A DNA stretch of 64,000 nt from an uncultured Candidatus Micrarchaeota archaeon (GCA_963714085.1 OY970229.1:768001-832000); one strand, 5' to 3'; counted from the stretch's first letter, positions 47,850 through 58,520 are shown. The notes: generated from the letters alone by a model not told the origin. Made by a program: numbers and translations.

Positions 47850-48127
47850 ATGAACGCGCCTCCTTTCTCCAGCGCGGCGAAGAGCTTCTTTCCGAGCGCC
47901 TCGGCCTCGTCTTTCGTCACGCCCTTGAGCATCATCCTCCCGGATGCGTAGAGGCTGGCCGAGCAGTCCTCGCGCTTGAGCACGAGCACGACCGGGGTCT
48001 TGGCCAGCACCTCGCCCAGCCGCGAGAGCGCCTTCTCCGCCTTGTCAAGGTCTATCCTCGCGTTCCTCTTGGACCTGACCTCGAACGCATTGGACGTCGC
48101 ACAGGGCTCCACGGTGTAGAATTCCAT
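47846..48127 (-). CDS. Small protein resembling the C-terminal domain of long MoeB/ThiF proteins
   Basis: EPC...AFEV...SLYASGRMMLKG pattern; translationally coupled to the ThiF gene. Confidence 0.5.
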   Translation of the reverse strand: MEFYTVEPCATSNAFEVRSKRNARIDLDKAEKALSRLGEVLAKTPVVLVLKREDCSASLYASGRMMLKGVTKDEAEALGKKLFAALEKGGAFI

Positions 48128-48810
48128 CAGCCAAGCCTCGCTTTCCAGGATAACCTTCTGTCGAAGATATCAAAAAACAGCGCATCTGGGGCGCGGACGA
48201 CGCTGTTGCCGATCACGAGGTTGAGCGCCTGGACTGCGGCGAGCGAGCCGGCGAGCGCGGCCGCGGGGCAGACCACCGATGCGCAGGATTTCAAGGCTTT
48301 TTTCCCCGCGCCTGCCTGGAACGCCTTCCTGAACGGATAGTTGGTAAAGACGCTCACCATGCCGCGGGTTCCCTGAGCCGAGCAGAAGATGTATGGGATC
48401 TTCTCCTTGCGGCAGGATTCGGCGATGAGGAGCTTCGTGGCGAAATTGTCCGTGCAGTCCAGAACCGCGGCGCAACCGGACAGTGACGCTCCGCTCCGTG
48501 GGCCGAAGCGGCCGTGCTTCCTTATCTTTATCCCCTTGTTTATGGAGCGCGCCCTCAGGATTGCGGCATCGGCCTTCCTCGTGTCTAATGACGCGTCGGT
48601 CGCGAGCAGCTGCCTGTTGAAGTTGGTCAGCTCGAATCGGTCGTGGTCGAAGACTACGAGCCGCTCTGCGCCGAGGCGCGAGAGGCATTCCAGCGCGAAG
48701 CCTCCGGTGCCGCCTAGGCCGGCGATGCATAAGACCGAGCGCCGCAGCTTCTCCTGCTGCCCGGCGCTGAGGGTCTGCAGATTCCTGGAGAATTTTTCTT
48801 CGTATAGCAT
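48127..48810 (-). CDS. ThiF/MoeB/HesA (E1-like) adenylyltransferase
   Basis: FSRN, GLGGTG, DHDRFELTNFNRQ, DCTDN. Confidence 0.92.
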   Translation of the reverse strand: MLYEEKFSRNLQTLSAGQQEKLRRSVLCIAGLGGTGGFALECLSRLGAERLVVFDHDRFELTNFNRQLLATDASLDTRKADAAILRARSINKGIKIRKHGRFGPRSGASLSGCAAVLDCTDNFATKLLIAESCRKEKIPYIFCSAQGTRGMVSVFTNYPFRKAFQAGAGKKALKSCASVVCPAAALAGSLAAVQALNLVIGNSVVRAPDALFFDIFDRRLSWKARLG

Positions 48811-49214
48811 CAGATTTCGCCGATTTTGTTGCCAAGTGACTGGAGGAACCTGGGCTTCTTCTTGTCCTCGTGGCGGAGTCCGTGGAGCGCCGTGAGGTTC
48901 CGGAGTATGGATAGCCGGTTCATGATCTGCTGGTCCACGGTCCTCTCCCTGTATGCGGCGATGGAATAGACCAGGGAGAGGAATATGGAGACCCCTATGA
49001 GGATTATGAATATGGTGAATATCCTGCTGATGTCGTTGGTCGGATAGAAGTCCCCGTAGCCCACGGTGCTGAGGGTCGTGGTGATGAAGTAGATACAGTC
49101 CAGATAAGACCAGCCCTCGACCTTGTGATAGAAGATAGTGCCTATAACATACAGTATCGCGATGAGCGCTATGGAGATGTAGAGGTTCTTTACTATGTCG
49201 CGGAGGTCTGGCAT
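48810..49214 (-). CDS. Minimal 2-TM potassium channel
   Basis: TTLSTVGYGD selectivity filter between two TMs; no RCK domain. Confidence 0.92.
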   Translation of the reverse strand: MPDLRDIVKNLYISIALIAILYVIGTIFYHKVEGWSYLDCIYFITTTLSTVGYGDFYPTNDISRIFTIFIILIGVSIFLSLVYSIAAYRERTVDQQIMNRLSILRNLTALHGLRHEDKKKPRFLQSLGNKIGEI

Positions 49215-49268
49215 ATTCGGAGTTAGATTCGGAAAACAATATAAACATTGCACAGCTACTTGTGGTAT

Positions 49269-50516
49269 ATGACCATCCATCTTGACTGCTACGGCGCGTC
49301 TGGGGAAGTTGGCCGGAGCGCGTTCCTCCTGCACACCGACAAGAAGATCCTCCTGGATTACGGAGTGAAGATATTCGACAAGAGCGGCCAGCCCCAGTTC
49401 CCGACGATGGACGTGGATCCGGACTTCGCGGTGATATCCCACGCGCACCTGGACCACAGCGGATTCGTGCCCGCGCTCTACCGCGGGAGCAGGCGGCTGC
49501 GCTGGTATGCGACCCCGCCTACGGTGGAGTTCTGCGAGCTGCTCTGGGCCGACTCCATGAAGATCATGGGGCCCCAGCTCCCCTATCAGGAGACCCAGTT
49601 CAAGAAGGCGCTCAAGGACTGGAACCCGATGATGTACGGACAGACGCTGCACACCGGGGACACCAAGATAACCATGAGCGACGCGGGCCACATATCCGGA
49701 GCCGCGATACTGAATATAGAGCACAGGGGCAAGACCATCTGCTATACCGGCGACCTGAAGATGGAGGAGACCTGCCTGCACCGCGGCGCCAAAGCGGTGG
49801 AGGACGTGGACACGCTGATAATCGAATGCACCTACGCGTTCCGGGACCACCCGCCCAGGGCCGAGGTGGAAAGGCAGGTAATGGACGAGGTGAGGGAGAC
49901 CGTGAAGGAGGGCGGCACCGTGCTGTTCCCGGCGTTCTCCCTGGGCAGGACCCAGGAGCTCTTCTCCCTCATACGGGAGCGCGAGCCGAGGGTGCCGATA
50001 TACGTGGACGGCATGGGCAGGAAGATAACCAACATCTACATGAAGCACCCGAAGTACCTGAAGAACCCCAACTCCTTCAAGAAAGCGGTCAGGAGCGTGA
50101 CCATGGTGCAGGGTCCGAACGACAAACGCGAGGCGGCCCAGACGCCCGGCGTGATAATCTCATCCGCTGGCATGCTCTCCGGAGGCCCGGTGCTCAGCTA
50201 CCTCTTCAACGTCAACCAGGACTCGAGAGTGGTGTTCACCGGCTATTGCATAGACGGCACCAACGGCTTCAAGCTCCAGAAGGACGGCTACATCACCGTG
50301 GACGAGCGCGACCTCGAGGTGGACCTGCCGGTGGAGTATTTCGACCTTTCCGCGCACGCGGGCAGGGCCGACCTGCTGAACTTCATAAAATGGGCGAACC
50401 CGGGCCGCATAGTGCTCGTGCACGGGGACGAATCCGAGAGGTTCGCCACCGAGCTGCGGGACGACTTCGGCTACGATGCGGTCGCCCCGAAGATCGGCGA
50501 GAGGCTCGACCTATAA
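49269..50516 (+). CDS. Beta-CASP metallo-beta-lactamase ribonuclease (aCPSF2-like)
   Basis: GASGEVGRS, SHAHLDHSG, AGHISG, FSLGRTQE, SAHA, VHGD. Confidence 0.92.
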   Translation: MTIHLDCYGASGEVGRSAFLLHTDKKILLDYGVKIFDKSGQPQFPTMDVDPDFAVISHAHLDHSGFVPALYRGSRRLRWYATPPTVEFCELLWADSMKIMGPQLPYQETQFKKALKDWNPMMYGQTLHTGDTKITMSDAGHISGAAILNIEHRGKTICYTGDLKMEETCLHRGAKAVEDVDTLIIECTYAFRDHPPRAEVERQVMDEVRETVKEGGTVLFPAFSLGRTQELFSLIREREPRVPIYVDGMGRKITNIYMKHPKYLKNPNSFKKAVRSVTMVQGPNDKREAAQTPGVIISSAGMLSGGPVLSYLFNVNQDSRVVFTGYCIDGTNGFKLQKDGYITVDERDLEVDLPVEYFDLSAHAGRADLLNFIKWANPGRIVLVHGDESERFATELRDDFGYDAVAPKIGERLDL

Positions 50517-51809
50517 GTTCCTTGGCAGCTTCGTGACAGAGAGCGGGTAGGATAGGTGCGATTTCCCGCGTAGCGAGGAGAAGAACGCTTCGACCGACTG
50601 CTCCGGAGTCCGTATCGTGCGCCTGATGAGCGCGAATATCCTGCCTTTCCTTTTCGCGAATTTCGCGTGCTTGTGATGCCTCATGAAGTTGAGCGTGGGC
50701 TCCAGCATGGATATCGGCGGGCCCTCGACCATCATGGAGGGCGGGAGCAGCTCGGCGTCCACCCTGAACGCGATGCGGGCCAGTCCTGCGGAATCGTCCG
50801 CTTCCATCCCGAAGCCGGGCAGGCTGGATTTGAAACCGTCCTCGAGGAGCTTGGCGGACATCTGCTTCATTGTCTTCTTGAGCTGGCCCCAGAGCACATC
50901 GTCCACGACGTCGGGTTTCATCAGCGTGACCACGTAGGCGTGGCCTTTGCTGGCGAGGGCGGCCGCCTTATCCGCGAAGGAGGGCGGCTTCCTGAAGAAG
51001 AAATCCGCGGACGGCCTCTTCCTGAAAAGCTTGGCCAGATGCATGAAGCGCGCGACGTTCTCCGCCGAGACCGCCGCTGCCACGTTCCTGTTCGCGTCGG
51101 TCGGGTCTATGACGAGGAATGACGAGCCGAAACGCTCGGGCAGCGCCTGTCTCTCCTTTCTGCCTGCCTTGAGGTAGTGCTTCTTAAGGTCGATGAGCAG
51201 CGGGAGCTTCCAGCCCGATGCGGCGGAGAGCAGCTTCGCGAACGACCCGTATTGCAGCACGAGCAGCTCGCAGAGGTAGCCGGAGAAGCCCTCGACCTTT
51301 ATCTCCGCTCCGTAGAGTCCGTTCGCTTTCAGGAACTGCTTGAGGAGGAGCACCTCGTCCTTCTGCTTGCCGCTCATCTCGTCAAGGACGTACCGCGTAT
51401 GCAGGACGGAACGGTCCACCGCGCTCAGCCGCTCCTGCGCCCCGGCTATGGCGTACGCCGGCACGAGGTCGATGCGCCTGCCCTCGAAATGGAACCTCGC
51501 ATAGGGGTGCTCGGCATAGCTCAGCCTGTAGCCCAGGCCCGGAAAAGCCCTCTTCACGATGGATTCTATAGCCGGCTCTAATCCGGACTTCGGATAGGTG
51601 CGGGGGAAAAGCACGAAGACGTCTATGTCCCTGGAATCGCGCAGGAACGTGCCTTTGGCGACCGAGCCTGTGAGCACCACCCTGCAGCCCTTGGGCCGCA
51701 CGGACGCGACCTTCCGCATCAGGCGCCTGGCGACCAGCAGCTCCGCCTCGCGCTCCTTGCGGGAGGGCCGTATCCTTGCGAGTATATCTCTGAACAAACG
51801 GGAAGACAT
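50511..51809 (-). CDS. cca: Archaeal CCA-adding enzyme
   Basis: GSVAKGT..DIDVF, YAEHPY, SAVDRS, GFSGYLCELL, DPTD..RNVAAA. Confidence 0.95.
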   Translation of the reverse strand: MSSRLFRDILARIRPSRKEREAELLVARRLMRKVASVRPKGCRVVLTGSVAKGTFLRDSRDIDVFVLFPRTYPKSGLEPAIESIVKRAFPGLGYRLSYAEHPYARFHFEGRRIDLVPAYAIAGAQERLSAVDRSVLHTRYVLDEMSGKQKDEVLLLKQFLKANGLYGAEIKVEGFSGYLCELLVLQYGSFAKLLSAASGWKLPLLIDLKKHYLKAGRKERQALPERFGSSFLVIDPTDANRNVAAAVSAENVARFMHLAKLFRKRPSADFFFRKPPSFADKAAALASKGHAYVVTLMKPDVVDDVLWGQLKKTMKQMSAKLLEDGFKSSLPGFGMEADDSAGLARIAFRVDAELLPPSMMVEGPPISMLEPTLNFMRHHKHAKFAKRKGRIFALIRRTIRTPEQSVEAFFSSLRGKSHLSYPLSVTKLPRNL

Positions 51810-51846
51810 GGTAAAGGATTTAAACGTAATCTAATAAAGGCTTCCC

Positions 51847-54096
51847 ATGCGCAATCCAGCCATCCTTATCCTAGCCCTGCTAGCACTGTCGCTGATGTAT
51901 GGCTGCACCGTGACCAGGGCTTACCCCCAGACGCAGCATGAGACGATATCCAGCGTGCAGAAGTACGACTTGGACGGGGACGGCGCGACGGACCTGATGG
52001 TCTACAACTTCTATCCCGTCGCTGCGGACGGCTACAACATAACGAGGCAGGTCACGGTTGCGGTGCACAACGCGGCCAATTACACGTCATTCAAGAACCT
52101 GAGCGACCTAGAGCTGGTGAACATGCGCTCGAGCCTCGACACTGTCTCGAGCGACTCCAGCCTCGAATTCGACGCCTGTGCGGCCAACGCCGGGCTGAAG
52201 CTCGACTGCACGGACGTGAGCACCTGTTCCGCGCTCTGCAAGGGCGCTTACCAGTGCGACGCCCTCTTCAACAAATACGCTGACGCGGTGCCGTCTTCCT
52301 TGGTGGGGTTCGTGAACGACAGGAACCGCATGGACGGGTACTTCTTCCAGGTACGCGACCAGGCCATCGACCAGATAAACGCGTCGCATAGCGGGAAGGA
52401 CGCCTATCTGGCGAACATGCTCGACCTGGTCGGCTCCATGGCCGACGTATACAGCAACCCGATATACAACAACCCGAACCTGCTGCTCTGCACTAGGACG
52501 AATTTCGGGGAAGCCAAGCTCGCGGCTGCGGTCGGCGAGATAGGCGCCTACGATCCCCAGCCCGTGAGCTACGACTATTTCGTCACGCTGGCCGCGCAGG
52601 GCCAGGCCGGCGACACCATAGAGCTCACTGACACCGTGCCCCCGGGGATCCTGGCAACCGAGGCCGACCTGAGTTCCAACCAGATGATAAAGGTCGCGGG
52701 CAGCGGCTCCGCCTACTCAGTGGACTGGCCCTCGGGGCGGACCACGGCTGCCGGCAGCATGCTGGTATACCGCTTCACCTCCACCGAACCGCCCGACGAG
52801 GTGGTCTCGGGCATGCAGTCCCCATCGCTCGTGGTGAACAGGCTCGACCTGAGGATATTCATAGTGCCGAACACGATATTCAATGTCCTCTACAGCATCA
52901 CGGGCAGCTTCTTCATAGCGCTCGCAGTGTCGTTCTCCCTCACGCTCATCATCCTCATGATAGTGGTCAACCTGCTGGTCATCGCCTACAACGTGGCATG
53001 GGCCGAGATGAACAAGCTGGGCGTGATGGCGGGCCTGCGCAAGGCGATCGGCAAGGCAGAGCCCCGCTGGAAGACCGACCTGATAATCGGCATCGTACTG
53101 CTCATCGCCGGATATTACATCGCGGTGTTCGTTGCGCCCGACCCCACTGCACCAAATTCCCTGTTCGGCGCGCTCGACTATTACACCGGGCTCGCGCTCA
53201 CCTTCACCGCGGCGGCCGCGCTGGTGAGCGTGGGCTGCATGTTCATCGGCCTATTCCTCCTCTATACGTCGCTGGAGAACAGGCTGAAGATAATGGTGCT
53301 GGAGAGGATATACGGGATTGCGATAAGGGAGGACAAGGACTTGTTCATCGCCAGGGCTGCCAGCGTCAAGGACAAGATCGTCGAGCTGCAGCAGCTGGTG
53401 GACACATCCTCGAAAGAGGAGTTCGATGTGAGCGCGGAGTACGACATACTGGCGTCCATATCCCCTGAGAGGGTGGACGAGCTGGCCAAGAAGATGACCC
53501 CGGACAGCAAGAAGATGATAGACAAGGACCTGGCGGACGTGGAGAGCGCCATCGAGCGGCTCACGGAGAGGAAGAAGACCGCGGATGCCAGCTGGTCGAA
53601 ATGGGCGGAGCACATAAACGCGCTGCTCGCGGAGCAGGACGAGGTCGACATAAGCGCGCTCATCACGGTGCCCGCCTCCCTCAGGGCATGGTGCCTCTCG
53701 CGCTATGCGAAGGAGCACGCCGCGGAGGGCCTCGTGTTCGAGCACGATGCCATAACCAAGAAGAAGATGACCTCCGAATCGCTCATCGCCGGCATGGTGG
53801 CCCACGGGATGCTCGAGGGCGCCGTGGTCATCCGGAAGGACGAGCTGGCTGCGGCCCACATGGCCAGCGGCGCAGCAACGGTCCCTGCCGCGCTCTCGCT
53901 CAGGCTCAGGAGCTACCTCCGCTCCCTCGCCAAATCCCTCGGCCGGGCCGAGCTCTCGAGCTTCGCCGCGGTCGGCGACAAGCAGGTGCTCGTGATCATG
54001 AAGGACACCGACATGGAGAGCGTCCTTTTCATCCCGCGCGACAAGTTCAAGGACACGATCGACGAGTGGAAGAAGAAGTCCAAGCTGCTGGAGTAG
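51847..54096 (+). CDS. Large lipoprotein-type membrane protein with cytoplasmic coiled coil and possible Roadblock-like C-terminus
   Basis: LMYGC lipobox, DLDGDG Ca-binding-like loop, Cys-rich ectodomain, about 3 TMs, charged helical region. Confidence 0.6.
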   Translation: MRNPAILILALLALSLMYGCTVTRAYPQTQHETISSVQKYDLDGDGATDLMVYNFYPVAADGYNITRQVTVAVHNAANYTSFKNLSDLELVNMRSSLDTVSSDSSLEFDACAANAGLKLDCTDVSTCSALCKGAYQCDALFNKYADAVPSSLVGFVNDRNRMDGYFFQVRDQAIDQINASHSGKDAYLANMLDLVGSMADVYSNPIYNNPNLLLCTRTNFGEAKLAAAVGEIGAYDPQPVSYDYFVTLAAQGQAGDTIELTDTVPPGILATEADLSSNQMIKVAGSGSAYSVDWPSGRTTAAGSMLVYRFTSTEPPDEVVSGMQSPSLVVNRLDLRIFIVPNTIFNVLYSITGSFFIALAVSFSLTLIILMIVVNLLVIAYNVAWAEMNKLGVMAGLRKAIGKAEPRWKTDLIIGIVLLIAGYYIAVFVAPDPTAPNSLFGALDYYTGLALTFTAAAALVSVGCMFIGLFLLYTSLENRLKIMVLERIYGIAIREDKDLFIARAASVKDKIVELQQLVDTSSKEEFDVSAEYDILASISPERVDELAKKMTPDSKKMIDKDLADVESAIERLTERKKTADASWSKWAEHINALLAEQDEVDISALITVPASLRAWCLSRYAKEHAAEGLVFEHDAITKKKMTSESLIAGMVAHGMLEGAVVIRKDELAAAHMASGAATVPAALSLRLRSYLRSLAKSLGRAELSSFAAVGDKQVLVIMKDTDMESVLFIPRDKFKDTIDEWKKKSKLLE

Positions 54097-54160
54097 TCTT
54101 TCCTGTTTTTAGAAGAGGAGCGGCAGCCTCGCGTAAGCAGGTTGGAGGATGGCTCTTCCT

Positions 54161-57100
54161 TCACTGGGGGTTGAGCTTGTATATCTTGACCATGCCGTCC
54201 TGGGATGCGAAGACCTTGGTGAAGCCCGGCAGCTCGTCCAGGAACAGCGCCTGATAGAGGTTCGAGGAGTAGAACGCGGTCCCCCTGTCGCCGTAGCCCG
54301 AAGTGGCCTGGCCGTTCTCCAGGAACACGGGGTCGTTGGTGTACATGAGCGCCACGCTGTACGCATCGCCCAGATGGTAGGTCTGCGAATAGGATGTCGG
54401 CGATATGAGCTGGGCCTTGTTGAGCTTGAGGTCCCCGTTGGGCTCGGTCTCGTTGAGCAGGTATGTCCCGTAGGTCTTCTGCCCGTTCGCGAGGAGAACC
54501 TCCCCGACGCAGTACATGGGCCTGAGCGTGACCAGGTTCTGGCAGACCGCCAGGGTCTCGGGGTCGTTGAGGTAGTCCCCGTAGCAGTTGAAGCCCATGA
54601 TGTCCGGGTAGGTGGTGCTCAGAAGCGGCTGCACCGACGGGTCCCAGGTCCAGTAGGCCTCGTAGCCTATCACCCCGGTCTGGTTTCCGGCTTTCGATAT
54701 CGTGCAGGTCCTGCCGCTGCTGTCCTTGGGTATGTACACCATCTCCCAGAGGTGCTGCGCCTCGCACTGGGACATGCTCGGTTGGAGCGTGACGTTGGTT
54801 TCGTTCTCCCTGGCGCAGGCGAGGTAGTTAAGCGCGCCGTATTTGCCGCCGAACGGATTGCCGCCCTCTATGAGCTCCATGTCGAAGAGCGCATAGGAGC
54901 TGTTCACGCTGCGCATGAACGTCGCGAGGTCCGCTGGCGTACCGTCGAGGTAGTCATAGGCGACCTCCCCCACCATGAACGGCGATGCGGTCTGGTCGTT
55001 CCTTATGACCGCGGCGCGCTGGCCGAAGAAATTCTCCCAGTGGCCGTAGTCCCACCAGGACGTGATGCGCGAATCGTTCTCGGTGTTGCCCTTGATCCAT
55101 TCCATGGCCTCTATCCAGTACGTAGATACGCGCTCGCACCTGAGGCTCGCGGCCAGCAGCTCTTCGGGCTGGGGGTTCGTGATGTCTGAGATGAGCGAAT
55201 AATAGCAGAGCTTGGTGTCGTACTGGCTGTTCGTGCCCTGGCTGGCGTATGCGACTGGGTCTGCGGCGACCGTGCATATGGACGGGTCGTACACCGTGCA
55301 GAAACCCACTCCGGAATTTCCGTACTGGTCGCAGATCGACTGCTCGCTTACGTTCTCGGCAGTGAAATTGTTGCACATGGACTGGAACTTCGCCTGGAGC
55401 GCTGCGGGGTTGTCCTGGAACCTGGTCGCAGTGAAGAAGGAGACCGTGAGGGCCTTTGCGACGCCCCCTGCGCTGGCTGTGAACTGGAACACGATGAGCA
55501 GGGCGGCGATGAGGACGAATGCGTAGTAGGCGTAGGAGAGGTACTCTTTCTTCTCGTCCTCCTTCTTGGTCATGTCGGAGATGAGCCGGCTTACCAGCTC
55601 ACAGGACTCGGCGAACACGAAACCTATCGCGATCGCGATCAGGAAACCGGCGTATGTAGTGTATTTGGTCTTGAGCAGGCCCACCAGCATGGGCGGGAGG
55701 ACGATGGCGGCGAACATGAGCACTGGCGTCGCCTCGCCTTTGAACATGCGATAGATGGAGTATACGATCATGACGCCGAACAGGAACAGCCACAGCATGA
55801 GCAGGCTGTTGACCTTGCCGTCGTATTGTAGTGCGGTGCCGAAGATCCAGTTAAGGATCCGTATCACCAGGTCGAAGATGGTGTTGACTATGGACGTTAT
55901 GACGTTCATCACGCCGGCTATCGGCGCGGGATACGCCACCGCGATGAAACCGAAGTTGCTGGAGAAATCCGTGCCTGCAGGGGACTGCTCGGCTATGGTG
56001 CGATCGAGGGGTATGTTGAACTGCGCCAGGCCGAGGGCGCTCTTGCCTGTGCTCTTGATAGGGTTGCCTAAAGGTGTGAAGAAGAATAGCAGGACCCCCG
56101 CGACGACCAGTGCGATGAACAGGTTCCGCGCCCGCTTGGCATCCGGAACGTACATGCGGATGGCGTAGAGCGCCCCGCAGACCGCGACTGCGATGGCGAC
56201 CATGGCGGTGTTCCCGAATGATATCCTGCCGTCCCTGAACACGCCCTGTATCACGCCGGAGAATAGGAACACGCCGAACACGAGGATTATGGCGTTGTTG
56301 ATGAGAAGCGTCTTGAGCTCCTCCTTGCAGTCGTCCTTGTTCGTGAGGAATATGAAAAGGGACTGGAGCGGGATGAATACCACCAGCATGATGAGGGGCA
56401 CGATCTCGGAGACGCTGCCGAGGCTGACGGCCATGAATGCGAGGGCCGAGAGGAACGCGAATTTCATGCTCTTGTCCTTGAGCATGTAGACGTACATGAC
56501 CAGGAAGAGCGAGATGGAGAAGAATGCGTAGGGCAGGACGTCCATCTCGCCGGCCACGGTCTTCATCAGGAATATCGGCAGGAATGCGGCGATGCCTGCG
56601 GCGAGGATTCCCCATTCCTTCTTGTAATAGGCCGCCACGAACATGTAGACGAAGAAGACCGCCAATGCGGCGGCTATCGGGGGGTATATCGATGCCAGGT
56701 CTGCCAGGAGCATGTTGTCGTATGCTCCCCCCTGGGTGTACAGCGAGTACCAGATGGCCTCCAGATAAGAGAGTTCCGAGGTCTCCCTATGGTTCGCGAC
56801 CACGTAGGGATACCAGGCGGTCATGTCATTCGGGAAATTGCCCCCGTTCACAATCACCTGCTGGCTGATGTACGTGTAGTAATAGGGGTCCAGCTCCATG
56901 AATACCGGTGAATAGGTGGAAAACCGGACTATGAAGGTCAGCGCCACGATGACAAGGATGAGGAGGGATAGGAGCACCTCGGCCGAGAGGAGCGTGGACG
57001 GCGAGAGCGTGAGGCTGGATGGCAGTTTCAAATCCTCATGGGCCTTGCTCAGCACGAAAGCCGCGATGGCCACCGCATAGAGGAACACCACGGACAAGAG

Positions 57101-57322
57101 CGCGAGGGCGTAGGAGAACTTCACCCCGGCGAGGAAGAACAGCAGGAACGGCGCGATCGGGACGATCACGATGCCGAGGCCGAACCCCAGCAATATCTTC
57201 TCCATGGCGTTGAAGCGCGAGCCGCGAAACAACCCGAACGAGAGTATTGCCCCTGGGAGGAAACACGAAACGAACGCCCAGAACAGCAGTACGTATGGGT
57301 TGAAGGTTACGAGCATCGTCAT
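54161..57322 (-). CDS. aglB: Oligosaccharyltransferase AglB (STT3)
   Basis: ELDPYY, TIAEQ, WWDYG motifs; many TMs. Confidence 0.93.
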   Translation of the reverse strand: MTMLVTFNPYVLLFWAFVSCFLPGAILSFGLFRGSRFNAMEKILLGFGLGIVIVPIAPFLLFFLAGVKFSYALALLSVVFLYAVAIAAFVLSKAHEDLKLPSSLTLSPSTLLSAEVLLSLLILVIVALTFIVRFSTYSPVFMELDPYYYTYISQQVIVNGGNFPNDMTAWYPYVVANHRETSELSYLEAIWYSLYTQGGAYDNMLLADLASIYPPIAAALAVFFVYMFVAAYYKKEWGILAAGIAAFLPIFLMKTVAGEMDVLPYAFFSISLFLVMYVYMLKDKSMKFAFLSALAFMAVSLGSVSEIVPLIMLVVFIPLQSLFIFLTNKDDCKEELKTLLINNAIILVFGVFLFSGVIQGVFRDGRISFGNTAMVAIAVAVCGALYAIRMYVPDAKRARNLFIALVVAGVLLFFFTPLGNPIKSTGKSALGLAQFNIPLDRTIAEQSPAGTDFSSNFGFIAVAYPAPIAGVMNVITSIVNTIFDLVIRILNWIFGTALQYDGKVNSLLMLWLFLFGVMIVYSIYRMFKGEATPVLMFAAIVLPPMLVGLLKTKYTTYAGFLIAIAIGFVFAESCELVSRLISDMTKKEDEKKEYLSYAYYAFVLIAALLIVFQFTASAGGVAKALTVSFFTATRFQDNPAALQAKFQSMCNNFTAENVSEQSICDQYGNSGVGFCTVYDPSICTVAADPVAYASQGTNSQYDTKLCYYSLISDITNPQPEELLAASLRCERVSTYWIEAMEWIKGNTENDSRITSWWDYGHWENFFGQRAAVIRNDQTASPFMVGEVAYDYLDGTPADLATFMRSVNSSYALFDMELIEGGNPFGGKYGALNYLACARENETNVTLQPSMSQCEAQHLWEMVYIPKDSSGRTCTISKAGNQTGVIGYEAYWTWDPSVQPLLSTTYPDIMGFNCYGDYLNDPETLAVCQNLVTLRPMYCVGEVLLANGQKTYGTYLLNETEPNGDLKLNKAQLISPTSYSQTYHLGDAYSVALMYTNDPVFLENGQATSGYGDRGTAFYSSNLYQALFLDELPGFTKVFASQDGMVKIYKLNPQ

Positions 57323-57341
57323 CCACCATCAGGGGAAGATA

Positions 57342-58430
57342 TTATAAGTATTCCACTGCCGGCTCCTCGGCGTACTTGGACTCCTCATCGGAGGCGCCGA
57401 GTATGTAGGGCGACTTGACGCCGGTGATTATGGCCGTCGCCCTTATCTTCTCGGTGCAGGACGGGTTTATCCTCGCGCCTATCTTCACGTTGGCCACGGA
57501 ATCGAAGGATTCCGTCATCTTCTCGCCGGTCCTTATGGCGTCGCCCAATGTGAGGTCCGGTCCGCCTTCCAGATGTAGCAGGCAGCCCTTGGCCCCCTCG
57601 TAGTTTACATCGAGCAGCGGGTGGGCCAGGGTGTCCTTCACCACGTCGTCCACCTTGTTGTGCCCGACCCCTTCGCCTAGCGAGATGAGGGAGAGGCCTC
57701 CGCCCTGCATGACCGCGCGGACGTCCGCGAAATCCACGTTCATGAGGCTCGGGAACGTGATGGTGTCCGATATGCCGGTCACCGCGCGCGTGGTTATGGA
57801 GTCCGCGAGCTCGAACGCCTTGTTTATGGGGAGGTTCGGGACGTAGGATGCGAGCCTGTTGTTGTCTATGACGACGACGGTGTCGCATTTGGACACCAGC
57901 GCCTGCAGCGATGCCTGGGCTTTCTTGAGCCGCACGCGCTCCAGCGCGAACGGATATGTGACTATGGCGACCACGATGGCGCCCATCTCCTTGGCGAGCT
58001 CGGCCACGATGGGTGCTGCCCCGCCCCCTGTGCCTCCGCCCATGCCCGCGGTGAGGAAGACCAGCTCGTTCTCGCCGATCTCCTTCTTGAGCATGTCGCG
58101 GTCGACCTCAGCGCATTTCTTCGCGAGCTCTATGTCGCCTCCGGCGCCGAGCCCCCTGGTTATGGTCTTTCCGATGAGTATCTTCTTGCCCGCCTTTATC
58201 ATGTTGAGGTGCTTGCCGTCCGTGTTTATGGCCACCGTCCTTGCGCTCTTTATGCCCGACGTGGCGAGCCTGTTTATGCAGTTGCACCCCGCGCCGCCCA
58301 CCCCGAGGCATGCTATCCTCACCGAAGTGGACGAGTCAGGATCAGCGGTCGCCGCCGACACTTCCTTCTCGAGGGCCCGTTGGTTTGCTGGTAAATCCGA
58401 CTTTGCCGCTTTGATAATGTCATCGAACAT
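57342..58430 (-). CDS. ftsZ: Cell division protein FtsZ
   Basis: GVGGAGCN, AINTD, GLGAGG, GMGGGTGGG, NVDFADV. Confidence 0.96.
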   Translation of the reverse strand: MFDDIIKAAKSDLPANQRALEKEVSAATADPDSSTSVRIACLGVGGAGCNCINRLATSGIKSARTVAINTDGKHLNMIKAGKKILIGKTITRGLGAGGDIELAKKCAEVDRDMLKKEIGENELVFLTAGMGGGTGGGAAPIVAELAKEMGAIVVAIVTYPFALERVRLKKAQASLQALVSKCDTVVVIDNNRLASYVPNLPINKAFELADSITTRAVTGISDTITFPSLMNVDFADVRAVMQGGGLSLISLGEGVGHNKVDDVVKDTLAHPLLDVNYEGAKGCLLHLEGGPDLTLGDAIRTGEKMTESFDSVANVKIGARINPSCTEKIRATAIITGVKSPYILGASDEESKYAEEPAVEYL

Positions 58431-58520
58431 TAGAACACCTATTTCGCATTATCTTAGTAAGCGCTTAAAAATTTACCGATAACGTCATAAATTTTTCCTG
58501 AGTTGAAATAGCGACCAGAA

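Noticed and set aside
57342..58430. FtsZ signature GGGTGGG instead of GGGTGTG, possible CetZ or inactive variant
   Set aside because: T7 loop NVDFADV and the other motifs are FtsZ-like; a single substitution is not enough
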